Source: Folioceros fuciformis (Eukaryota). From it: a stretch of 64,000 nucleotides of DNA. A program made the translations under genes and the position numbers. Shown in pieces: positions 1 through 11,021 of this stretch. The notes beneath the pieces are model-generated. The model made no database searches. It saw only the letters and a program-made list of their open reading frames with translations, and had not been told where the DNA came from. How positions within the stretch are numbered: position 1 is the stretch's first letter; every line of letters starts with the position of its first letter. The stretch spans positions 260,680 through 324,679 of the forward strand of contig JBNGIO010006380.1 of NCBI GenBank assembly GCA_049999805.1, given 5' to 3'.

Positions 1-800
1 TTAGAACAGGAGTTAGTTCTGTGCTTTTCTTCATAATACCTATAATTTAATAGTTGTAAATATTTATTTTAATAATAAACTCAATTTGATTCATACTGAG
101 CATCAACAACATAACTATGAGGGTGATGGATACTCGAGTAATCTTAAATTCTTTAAGTTAACTATGTTTCTAAAGGTAAGGTTAAAATATAATGATGATA
201 AATATTATAAATAAATAAAATAAGTTCTATGATATATAAACCTAAAATATTATAAAAATAAATAAATTCTATGATATAAAAGTGAGATATAATAGAGAAA
301 ATTATTTATTTTAATCATTTTTATTATTTATAAAAAAACAAAAAATTCCATCTACTTACTTACTTTGAAGATAATAGAGTAACAACTAGAAAAGCCAAAG
401 GCAAAAAAGGTACCATCCTCTTTTGAATAACTATCCATTACTTATAAAATTTTGTGATGTAGGAAACAAGCTTTCTTACTATTGGTGTGAAATAACAATT
501 TAGTTAATAATTATTATTTCTTTTTACTATATTAATAATATTCTTTGCAAAGGAATGGATATTTCTTTTTACTATATTAATAATATTCTTTGTAAAGGAA
601 TGGATACACTTCTTGGAAGGAAGAAGCTAAAGTAGAAGATAGAAGAAAAATATAATAAAATTTCAACTTTAATTTTAATATATATACTAATATATAGAGA
701 TATGTAAAAGATAAATCATCCAATTGAGAAGATAACCTAAACCCCTCCGATCCTTTAGAGTAGATGGGATTTTCCTTTTTTTTAATAATATAAAATACTG
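1..800. mobile_element. AT-rich, heavily decayed repeat/transposon-derived sequence
   Basis: Very AT-rich and CG-depleted compared with neighbouring genes. No credible ORF. Local ~45-bp tandem duplication at ~515-606. Confidence 0.4.
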
Positions 801-1253
801 TGATGCCTTTCAATTAAGAAGATCAATGCAGAGAGGTTAGGTTGATATGCAGTAACCTCCGACCAAGGAGTGAAATCTAACTTAATTCGGGCTGCAGATA
901 GATTAGGGAAAGTCCGCGAGTTTAGTGTCGGAAGGCGTGGTCGAGTCTCGTGATGTGGGTATGGTTCAACGCGGGTGAAGGAACGTTGAAGCAACAAGAG
1001 CGCCATTGGCTAAGTTTGAATGGGCTCCGTTTTAAACTGGAGCAGGAACTTCCCTCCCTGTTTCCCCTCCAGACAGCTCGTACCCCCCAACATTTTCAAG
1101 GCCTGAAGGGCTGATTGCATTTGTCTGCATCTACTCTCCATCTGCATTGGGGGAAGGATTTGTAGCTGCCTGGTCAGTGGGGCTTGCGAGCTGAAGGCAG
1201 TGAGTGGGGCAAGGCTTGGAGGATCGGGCTGTAGAATAGGGCTGTGGCGGAAG

Positions 1254-3761
1254 ATGCTGGGAGGGTACTTCGGAAACCAGCCTATCCTGACCGTGATCAA
1301 GGATGGGTTTGTGATCGACACCATCTGCCTGGATGGCAAGGATACGCTGACGGTGGGGCGGAGCAGTGACTGTGACATTGTGGTTGGGCACTGCAGCACC
1401 AGCAGGCAGCATTTGGAGATTCAAGTCATTCGAGCAACGCAGGAGCTTGTGCTCGTGGACCTGGCGTCAGGTGATTCTTGGTTAGAGAAATTTCGTGTGT
1501 TTGAGGCGAGGTACGGGTGTAGGTGTAGGTGTAGGAGGTGTTGTGGCGGTTTTGGTGGCTCTGAATCTGGTGTTCGGTGTCTCAGGACATGGCACCTATG
1601 TCAATGGGAACAGAATCGAGCCACTGGTGCCGGCTGTTGCCAAGGAGAATGATATCATTCAGCTCGCTGCCTCCACTAGAGCGTACAAAGTGCAGTGGGT
1701 GCCTCCGCTTTCGCTGGATGAGGTGTGCGAGCCCTCCTCTTCGTTGGAGACGCAGCCTCCGTCTGGGTCGAAGTCCCTCCCCATGAGGAAAGGGCAGGTA
1801 ATTCGTCCTTGCATTCATGTGCTGCACCGTGGCTCGCTTTGTCTGAGGAAAAGAGCGTGAGATGGGCCTTGCTTGGATCCGCAGGAAAGGGGCAAGAACA
1901 CAGTGCTGAGATCAAGGTGGGACAGAGAGGGGAGCGGGTCGCCCAGCAAGACTCCACAGAGAGGTCTGCATAGGGGTCGGTCGCTGCAGAAGCGGTCGGC
2001 GAATGAGGAGAATGAGCTTCCTTTCTCTCCCCAGAGGACTCCTCAGAAGGAGAATTCGGAGCTGCCTCCTCGCGCTCCTCCTCGCCGTCTGGCTTTTAGC
2101 TCTCTGCAGGCATCGGCCATTAATGCTCGTTCTCCCTCTGTCCGGAAGGGGTCTGCAGAGAAGGGCAGCGTTTTGAAGCAGCAGACGCCACCCGGGGACG
2201 TGGGCAAAGAGCAGGCGGGAACTCTCAAGAAGGCACAGACCAGTTTGTGGCTGCGGCGATGCAATTCAGCTCCGCTACCTGCGTTGCAAACATCTGCTCC
2301 TCAGCAGTATGGGGCGACTGTTGTTGCTCCTGATGGGCAGGGAGTTGAGGTAGAATATGATGACGCAGATGCAGCACTGCTGCGCATTTGTCAGGAGCAG
2401 ATACAGTCGGAGGGGGTCACCATCCTGCCCAGCCAGTTTCTGGAGGAGGACGAGGAGGAGTACGACTCGGACAAGGAGAATCATTTGCCACAGTCGTATA
2501 TCGGAGCTGGATACCAGCATCAGCAAGGAGGGGGTGATCTTCACGACGATTTGTCTTTCAGGAGAGATGAAGGCGTCGACAGGAAACCGTTTCAGCCGCT
2601 TCCTCTTGCCCCCTACCAAGACTCTGAGTTCCAGAGTTCTCCCCCTTCAGAAATGAACACCGCCAGTACTCTGGGGCAACCGAAGCTCAGGTTGCCAAGG
2701 CCCACTGCTGTAAGTTCTGCTGCTCTTTTGTGGCGGAATGTCTTTCATCCTGGTAAGTGTTCGTGGCCGAGCTGTACATCTCTGATGCTCATGTTGTGAC
2801 CGTGGCTGTAGGCCAAGAGCCTGGACCAGATGTTCCGGCGGATGACGCTTGCTGATGCAGACAGAAGGCAATGGCACATGGTGATCGACACCAGCTGCTT
2901 GCTAAGCACGGAATCTCTGAAGCTATTTAAACAGCTTGAAGGGAACAAGGACACTCGGATCATCATCCCAAGAATAGGTATACTCTCTCGTCGTCTTTCA
3001 GGCTGACAAAGCCTGTGAAGATCTCTGTCGTCATGCCGCAGTATCTCACCCATTGGTTGGTCTTGGACTGCAGTGATACGTGAGCTGGACTCCCTGAAAA
3101 ACCGTCACAACCTAAGCCATGTGGCCCGCACAGCTCTCAACTGGATAAACTCCTGCATGACGACGTTACCTACTTGGATTCATGTGCAGAACTCTTCAGA
3201 AACGGGGCCCGTGACTGTTACCCCACCAGCGGAAACTGTCATGCTTGGTAGAGTCCATCACGACATTATGTCGCCCACCAATGACGACCATGTTCTAGAG
3301 TGTGCTCTGCTGTTCGACAAGAAGATCAGGGTCGGGCAGGTAGCACTGTTGACTCGAGACACTGCTCTGAAAATCAAAGCCATGGCTGAGGTGCGTCTCT
3401 TATCCAGATCATGCTTTCTCCTTAGTCCAGCGGGAGAGCATCTTGCTTGAGGCGTGGTCCTCCTGCTTCTTGTGGCGGCCCTGATGAAAGTTTACGGCCT
3501 ATGTTCTGGCAGGGTCTGGTTGCTGACAATGAGGCAGACTTCATTGAAAGTCTGCTGAGCCCCTATTCGGAAAGGTTCTTGTGGGCAGGTAGCAAGGCCC
3601 ACGGGAAAACTTGGACCGAGGGGCCCAATAGCCCTAGGGCTAGCCCTACAATCTCTCCACTCTCCAGGCTCAAGAACTCCAAGAAACTTCCATCACCTAT
3701 TTCAGGGTTACGGCACCACTACAACGAGCAACCCAAAGGGCTGCGTCTGGTGTTGGCGTAG
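1254..3761 (+). CDS. PS1: FHA- and PIN-domain protein, PARALLEL SPINDLE 1-like (6 exons, 661 aa)
   Basis: Exons 1254-1470, 1586-1797, 1885-2709, 2812-2977, 3074-3390, 3513-3761 splice in frame with GT-AG introns. N-terminal FHA motifs (VGRSSDCDI..H.STSRQH, GTYVNG). C-terminal PIN (WHMVIDTSCL, VIRELDSLK, SPTNDDHVLECAL, LLTRDTALKIKAMAEG). Confidence 0.85.
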
Positions 3762-4363
3762 AAGTGAAAGGTATCTGCCAACTAAGGAATTCCGTTCTCC
3801 ACCTGCCGCTCCCTGTTGATTACCAACATTGGGTCCCAGTCGGTGAGTGGGCTGGAAAGGGGTGAACACGCTGGTGGCCAATTTTGTCAGTTGTACAGAG
3901 GCCGCCAGTTGCAGAATTTCCGAGTCAGCATGGACTTAGAGCCTCACAGTATCAGTACCTTTCACTCCACTGCTATAATTTGTTGTAGTACATGAGAGGC
4001 GCCGGACGAGCCTTTCTCGACGAATCCGGGCCACCGAACAGCGAACTCAATGCGACCTTTGGCAGGGTTGTGACTCGTTTCGCAGTGAAGGGTTGTCTTC
4101 ATGTAAATGAAGAGCACACGAAGACGCCGCCAGAGCTCTTGCTGCGCGACAACAAAAGAGTCGCGAACAATCAACCTCTGGTTCCTACTGCATCGCGTGA
4201 AGTACAAACTCTCTCGAAGAACAGAGAAGTTTGTAGGAGCCCTCCGTATCTGCTGAATGCAAGAAAAAGCAGCAGCTTCAAGGCGGCATCAAGAACGTTG
4301 TTTGTTCTCAATTCCTCATTTAGCACTTCGCACCTGAGTCGAGGCGAAATTGCGCACGCCACT

Positions 4364-4990
4364 ATGTCCTCCTTTTGGCCTGTTCCACTCCCTCCCCCGG
4401 CGCCTCCGCCCCCAGAGAAACCGCGGAAGCATGACAAGAGAAAGTCGCCGGCATACCAGCTTACAATAGAGCCTCCGTGGATGAGGGATGAAATGCCAGA
4501 CCCTGACGTGTTGGAGTGCGAAATTCACACCCCAAAACCGGACCTGTTTGCTGTTCAAGGAGTGAGGCCGCTAGTATATGCAGAGGAACCAGCCACCAAG
4601 GCTGCTGTCATAGAAAGCAAGGAGGACACAGGCAAAAGCATCTTGAAGGAGGAACCGAGAGTGGACAGACTCCTTGAGATGGTTGTGGACAACAAGCTGC
4701 TCAAGCTGGAAGGCTCGTCCGTCCCAGTTGTCGAGGCCAGGGCTCAGGTCGCAAAGGCACAGAAAGACGTCTGGTTCATCAAGGAACAGATAATCGAAGC
4801 CAAAGAGGAACTAAAGAGCGATCGAGAACGGTACAACCTGATCCTAGAGGACCTCAAAACTGCCTGGATAGCTATTGACAAAATCCATAACGCCATCAAC
4901 ACCGTATTCCCAAGGCAAATCACAATAGCCACGCAAACGAAGGATGAGGGCGTAAACAAGCACTTCCCGTACCTAGAATGGGCAACCTAA
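4364..4990 (+). CDS. Hypothetical intronless protein (208 aa): Pro-rich N-terminus, coiled coil, C-terminal TQT motif
   Basis: Open frame from ATG 4364 (context GCCACTATGT) with protein-like composition. Heptad-like stretch ARAQVAKAQKDVWFIKEQIIEAKEELKSDRERYNLILEDLK. No family recognised. Confidence 0.6.
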   Translation: MSSFWPVPLPPPAPPPPEKPRKHDKRKSPAYQLTIEPPWMRDEMPDPDVLECEIHTPKPDLFAVQGVRPLVYAEEPATKAAVIESKEDTGKSILKEEPRVDRLLEMVVDNKLLKLEGSSVPVVEARAQVAKAQKDVWFIKEQIIEAKEELKSDRERYNLILEDLKTAWIAIDKIHNAINTVFPRQITIATQTKDEGVNKHFPYLEWAT

Positions 4991-5563
4991 GAAATCTGTT
5001 GGGATCATGAGACAGCAATAGAAAGACGTCAGAGATTGATTTGGACATCACGTCCACGGACTGCACAGGGGCTGGTACTCCAGAAAACGTTCTCAGTATG
5101 GAACGAAACGGATGATACATTCATATCGAGATGAGATGTACAACCTTTCTGGTGACAAGTTGCAAGGAACTCTTAATTCAGCTCAAAAGGATTCGACACA
5201 CCACAACAGGCCCTTGAAGGAAATACACTACACTCTGGAGATCCACATTCAAATGAATGCCGATCATCTATGTCACACAATACTTCTACTGGCTGTTTTC
5301 AAGATAGTAAAGAAACGAGCTGCTGTATCCTAGTCCTACAGTCCAAGGCTTCAAACAAGAACAATACAAAAAGGTTTCCCTTGTCAAAGCACACCGGACC
5401 CAAGACAGCTCTAACCTCCAGTCGTACGCTCCGTGAGGGCTTTTGGTAGATGAACAGATCCAGTCAAGCACATAACAATATACTCTGCCACGACTCTAGG
5501 GGCATACTAACTCTTAAGCAAGGTTGAAAAATCCCCCTGTCATGATTCCTGTTCATATAAGAA

Positions 5564-5630
5564 ACTTTCATACTTCACAGCGGTCTTGCGTCATCCACAG
5601 AACAGACTTTCATACTTCACAGCGGTCTTC
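5564..5630. repeat. 24-bp direct repeat, two copies (ACTTTCATACTTCACAGCGGTCTT)
   Basis: Identical copies at ~5564 and ~5607, downstream of the DUF2358 gene. Confidence 0.85.
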
Positions 5631-5862
5631 GGGATATCCACATACCTGGACACCTTTGAAGACCTCCAAAACCAAACAAAGCATAGCTTATCCTGCTGTG
5701 TCGTAAATAAGCTCCAAAGCTGCTCCTCATTATATACAACGAAAGCAGCATCCATACTAAGTCGTGATACACTCCTGTACAGATCCTGCACGCGATCCTC
5801 TCTTTATGATACATACATCCTCGACCGGTCGCCCCAACCCCAGCAGGACGCCGTCGCAAGAT

Positions 5863-7020
5863 TCATCCATCACTGTACTCGTTACAGAAATCCCGCTTGT
5901 CGATCAACGTCAACGTGCAGATGAGGATATAGTAGTATCGCACCCACGTGAACCGCTCCAAGTAAGGAGACATACCGGCAATAAACCTCTTCACGTTCGA
6001 GTAGAAGGTCGGCGTGGGACTGCTGTGGCCACCTGCCACTGCCACCAAGTCCAGCACAGTCTTCACATGGAACTTGGGAGGACTGTTGAGCAGCACATTG
6101 TCCACCTTGTGCTCGTATATCTTCCCTTGCTTATCTAACTTGTACTCCGACGTTCCGTCAAACCTGCCCTGCGCTTCCCACGGCACCCTAGGAACTCCTC
6201 TCACGGTCCAACGCACTGTGATTACGTTTTCACACGGCTGCCATACCCGCACTATGTCCACCCAAAGGACCTTGAAAAAGATTTTACCGTGGAAGCGGAG
6301 AGCTCCAAAGATGAGCTTATAATTCTGGATGCCCCCGAACGTATTCATAGGGTCCCGAAAAACAATGTCATCCCTGCGCAGCCCGCACCGAACAACCACA
6401 TGAGAAAGTGCATACATACTCTCACTCCCGCCAGGCCAAATCCCAGCTAAAGCCCCCTCACAAAACAAGATCCCTCACCTGTATATTTCATACGTGAGGT
6501 CCTTGTAGAACATAGCAGGCAGCTCCTCCCGCAGAGTCCGAATGGCGTACCCCGCGTTGAGGTAGAACTCGTCCTTGTGCGAGTCTTCCTTCTTCTGCCG
6601 CGGGGGAGGCGAGGACTGCACCGCCGCGGAATTCCCGAACCCAGAAGTTATCCAGCTCCCGTAGAGCACCTCAAAGGACCGGCGGTCTTCCAGGGGTGCG
6701 ACCGTCGGGATGTCCGCCAGCTCGGAAACAAACGGCGGGCGCCATATGAACAATTCTTCCTCTAGCACCTCTTCTTCCACAGCATTCGCTCCCGCGTCCG
6801 CCTCTGCTCCTTCCACCACTGCTCCGCCTTTCCTAGCTACAGAGCATCGCACACTGACCTCCCTCCTGCCGCCCTCGCCGGCCCGGCACCGCAGCCTGGC
6901 ATACGGGAAGCCGAGCCTGGCCACAGGCACGCACGCTGGAGAGAGCAGATTGCAAGAATTGCAAGTGGCCGCCGCTGGCGAGCACGACCGGGGCGTGAGG
7001 AGGTCACAATGCAGCGCCAT
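5863..7020 (-). CDS. DUF2358 (SnoaL/NTF2-like) protein, probably plastid-targeted (2 exons, 350 aa)
   Basis: Exons 7020-6479 and 6373-5863 join in frame. Motifs FYLNAGYAIRTLREELP, IYRDDIVFRDPMNTF.G..NYK.IF..LRFHG, VRWTVRGVPRVPWE..GRFDGTSEYKLD..GKIYEHKVDN. Ser/Cys/Arg-rich transit-peptide-like N-terminus. Confidence 0.85.
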
Positions 7021-7373
7021 GGTGCTGTGTGGTCCGGTCCTGTCAGGTCTGATCGTGGAGCATGGTGATGGCGAGTGTAGAGGCTGTGGCACACGCACTG
7101 CACAGGCTTCCACAGACTGGCTGTGGCGGTATCGAGAGCATCAGCATTTCGGCGAGCAGGAAAATGCGATTGCGGAGGACAGAAGCAAGCAGGGTAGACA
7201 GATAGGGATGAGGGACGGGGTCCTCATGAGTGGGCCACGCCGACATCCCGAATTCCAATAAGAAAATGGCTTCATGCTAGAGCCATGCATACCTCATTAT
7301 AAAAATAGTCTTAAAATATGTAGTCACCACAGGTGAAACAATGGATATCGGACGTCCTTGGCATCTACTTAGT

Positions 7374-9407
7374 CTAACTGCACACCTCCTGGAGCACTCG
7401 CCGCTCCTCCGTGCACCACTGCACTTGCTCCAGGAACTGCTCCAGGGTGAAGATGCTCTTCTTCACGGGGCCAGTAGGAGGCACGGGTTCTCCAAGTTGG
7501 AACACCGAGAGTGCTTCCTCTCTCCCGTTGTAAAGGGCTCTCACATACAGCTCATCTCCGTTGGGGGCTTTCAGCAGCTCCAGCAGCAAGAACGACGCGT
7601 ACTCTGGCCAGTTCTTCCAAGGAGAGCCGAGGCATACTGCACAGACACAGGGATAAGGTTAATGAGGGTGTGCTTCACCATGGAGATGAACGTCAGCCGA
7701 AGCAGCAGCTTGGGATCTCACCAGAAAGAGGGACAATGCTGGCATCGTGGCCAGAGTAGAGGAAGAAGGAAGGGGTCGTTGCAGACTCATCTCGATACTT
7801 AGCCATGGCGCCTGTTATACTCCTAAGGAGCCCTCCCATGGCCAGCTGGCAGATGTCCTTGTCCTGTACAACCGGCTATGGAGCTTAGTAAGACAGTCAG
7901 GCGAGGAGCCAGATGCATGATTACAGGGGCGGCGACGGACCTGAAGAGACGCCACATTATCCTTCGCGAGTTCTTGCACAGCTTGATCGACGTCGGAAAG
8001 GGTTACTCCCGCTGGTAAAGCATCACCATGACACTTAGCACAGTGGACTATATCGACTGCCTACTCTTGCAAACAGCAGCAGGCATCAGTATGAGCTGCA
8101 GGAAGGTCGTCCAGAAACGTCAGACTCCAAAGACTGATTTGGTTGGACAACGGGAAGCAACCTTACCGTTAGCCAAGGAAAAGGAGCGTGGTCAGGAAGA
8201 CCAAGGTGGAGTCGCAAAGCTTTTCTGAGTCCCTGGCAATCACGAAGGAGGTAAGACATTTGGAAGCACATAACCTGGGTTCAGTCCTGAAGCAAAGGAA
8301 GCAAACATTCTGGACAAGATCTGGCTCAATACCTCAGATCTTGCTTGCCAAGAGTCCTCTTTCAATTTCAAATTCCCCTTCAAATCCAGCTCTCCCGTCG
8401 TATGCAAGCTCATCCATTTCCGCCCCCACAGTGCTTTCAACCTACGAGACAAAAGAACCGACAACTATGAAGCAAAAAACATCGGGCAGCAGACGGTCAT
8501 CGCTTGAAGTTGCGGATGAAGTACACATACTCAGGGCAGTGATCGTAAATGTGTATGTCGTGAAGCGTCTCGATAGGAATCGCTCCTGGAGCAGTTGAAG
8601 ATGCAGCAAGGCCTTCAAGAACGTACCACGCTGCTAGTCATCCACATTGAAGTCAATGTCAGGCGTCCGACTCACCAGCAAATGCCAATGCTGGAAGCAC
8701 AAGCACATATGCTCCAGGTTACCTGTCATGTGCGTACGCATGTAGCCAGTTGTCCTCACGACCAGAGCAGACGCCAGGTCCTCATCCGACAAACAAGGCG
8801 AATTGACGTAATTCAGCCTCAACCACTTTCCAACCTCCCGAGCCTGTCTCGCACCTGCACCGATATTTCCATCCACAATCAGCACGCGCGTCCCAGCCTC
8901 TACCCAAAAAACAGAAACGTACTCAGATGGAATTCGAACCAACCCCGCTGAGTGAGCGAGCCCCACGGATACTCCTGCAGGTGATAAGAGTCGAATTCCG
9001 GCATGTGAACAGAAGCTTGTTGCAGCCTGGCCGCCCAGACTTCAGCATCATCCCTACAGCCTGCAGGGCCAGGCCTCGCGAGAGGCACGGGGGATCTATC
9101 CCCATGCCTGAACAATACATGCGCCTGGGAAACTACCGGATCAACGATTGAAAAGACATTGCCGCGCGATGAAGACGCAATTCTCAAGCCAGACGCGCTA
9201 CATCCACAGGCATCTTGGACAGGCGTGAAGGCAAACCTGAACAGGGTCCAGCACAACGCCGTCCAGAACGGCAGGCTCATACGAATGAGCACCTGTGGCC
9301 TCCATTACAGCTCTTGTTGGAAACGTTGGCCAGACCGTAGCGTCGTAATTTGCCCTAGCAATTATTTTGGGGAAATTCCGTGCCGCTACCACCCAGGAAA
9401 TGGACAT
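7374..9407 (-). CDS. Histidine acid phosphatase (branch 2, ACP6/lysophosphatidic acid phosphatase-like), multi-exon
   Basis: Spliced ...LDPVQ|AHVLFRHGDRSP catalytic motif, followed by WGSLT..G and C-terminal LLELL...YVRALYNG. Start is ATG 9407 or 9305. Internal exon boundaries only partly resolved. Confidence 0.8.
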
Positions 9408-9639
9408 TCGGTTCACACCCACCAGGTATCAAAATAATGGTTTTCACTCCCCTCCCCTCTTCCCTGTTATAGCTGAAAGCAGCTATTGGATTTCCACAGT
9501 CCGTGGCTCAAACATCACACCTCATATAGTAGAAAATATTTCTCCAACTTTCCTTCCTCTCCACCATTCGTTTTTTTTGTTTATACTCACTTTGTGCCAT
9601 ACATGGCATACCTAATAAGCAAAAACTACCCATCATCTA

Positions 9640-10335
9640 AATGGCTTAGGTTCAGAAATAAATAGTTAGGGTTTCTAGAAAGAGAGTTTCCAGCCCTATA
9701 CCTAAGTGGATTGATAGAAGCTTCTAAGAAAAGTGTTTCTTAACTATTAGGGCCTGCAAGCACCATAGCTAAGCATAAAATAGAGATACTTTACAAATTG
9801 GGTCAAGCATTTGGTTATGTGAGAAAATATAGATAGCCCACAAACAAGCTAGGTATTGAGCCACACAAAACTATCTTGTTACTCAGCCTCCTTAGCAAAA
9901 TTCTCCTCCCTATCCTGAGCTATAGCAAATGCATTTGGGCAATCTCATGTCTGACCATGGTTCTTGGGTGACCCAATGTCTTATTACTTGGCTTCTTCAA
10001 CCAAATTCTTCTACTGGTCTTGAGCTTTTGGTAATGCCTTTTGGCAATCACATATCTGGCCCTCAATTGCTCAATAAACTCATGTCGTTCTTAGGTGACC
10101 CAATGTTGGCTAATGAGGTGTATAGTAGTAGGAAGTAAGTTAGTGAGTGTGAAGGAAACTGATTCTTGCATTCCCATGGTGGGGAGGTTCCTTCACATCC
10201 ACAAAGATTTGAGGAACTTGGTAGTTTTAATAGGTATGATCAAGAGGCCTAACACCTCTAATTTAAGTGTCCTCTTTGTGTTAAGGGTAGATGAATTTCC
10301 ATCTCTTTTCTTATAGTTTTTAAATTAATAATACG
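9640..10335. mobile_element. Degenerate transposon-derived (possibly LINE) relic
   Basis: CG-depleted, TAG/CTA-rich, no intact ORF. Its 3' end (GTAGATGAATTTCCATCTCTTTTC...AATAATAC) loosely resembles the LINE tails at ~22040 and ~60400. Confidence 0.35.
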
Positions 10336-11021
10336 TATTTGATGGGTATGACCCGAATAAGTCGGATCCCACACATACATGGACAAGACATTTTGAGAGT
10401 CCGGATCGGGAGGTAAAGGGGGAGCCAGGATCCTTGATGCCCATTACCAAGGTAACGTGGGTGCTCCGTTCCGTTGGAACGATCCAAGGAGATAACGGAA
10501 GCCGTTGAGGGGATTGGCGGGCCCCGCCCTAAATGTAGTCACTGTAGAGGCTCACTGGCTTTCTCCAATGGCGAGCAGCGAAGGGCAAGGCTGGAGGTGA
10601 TGGGATGGACGCGTGCCGGAAATTCATGCCTGGCAGTTCCAAATCTGTGCGCCGAAGCATTCGCGATCTCGGGACGGAGCGTGAACCTGCCGAGGTATGT
10701 GCCATCGGAATGTCTCCAGGCCGCACGGATGGCGCGGGAATGCGGCAAGCGTGAGACTCCTGCCGCCCACTGCCTCTGTTCGTCTCCCGCTGCTGCTGCT
10801 TAGCGGATCCCGTGAATCCTCAAGCTGTTGCCAGATTGTGGACCTGCGGCAGCTGCGGTTGCTGCCTCTGGGGTGACTGGGAGTCTCCGCTCGCTGCCGC
10901 AGGGTGTCAGGATTTCGATGAGCTGTGGGGCAATGGCCAGCCTGCAGCGGGCCAGGCGTAGAACTAGGGGTGGGAGCGGGTGCGAGTGCGGGAGGTAGCT
11001 CCGGGAGCAGCAGCAGCAGTC

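Noticed and set aside
811..890. Hammerhead-ribozyme-like three-way junction on the + strand (GATC...GAAATC)
   Set aside because: The CUGANGA core is missing and stem I does not pair properly.
3992..4363. N-terminal 124 aa of the 332-aa ORF
   Set aside because: Looks like promoter/5' UTR sequence with non-protein-like composition. ATG 4364 has the better context.
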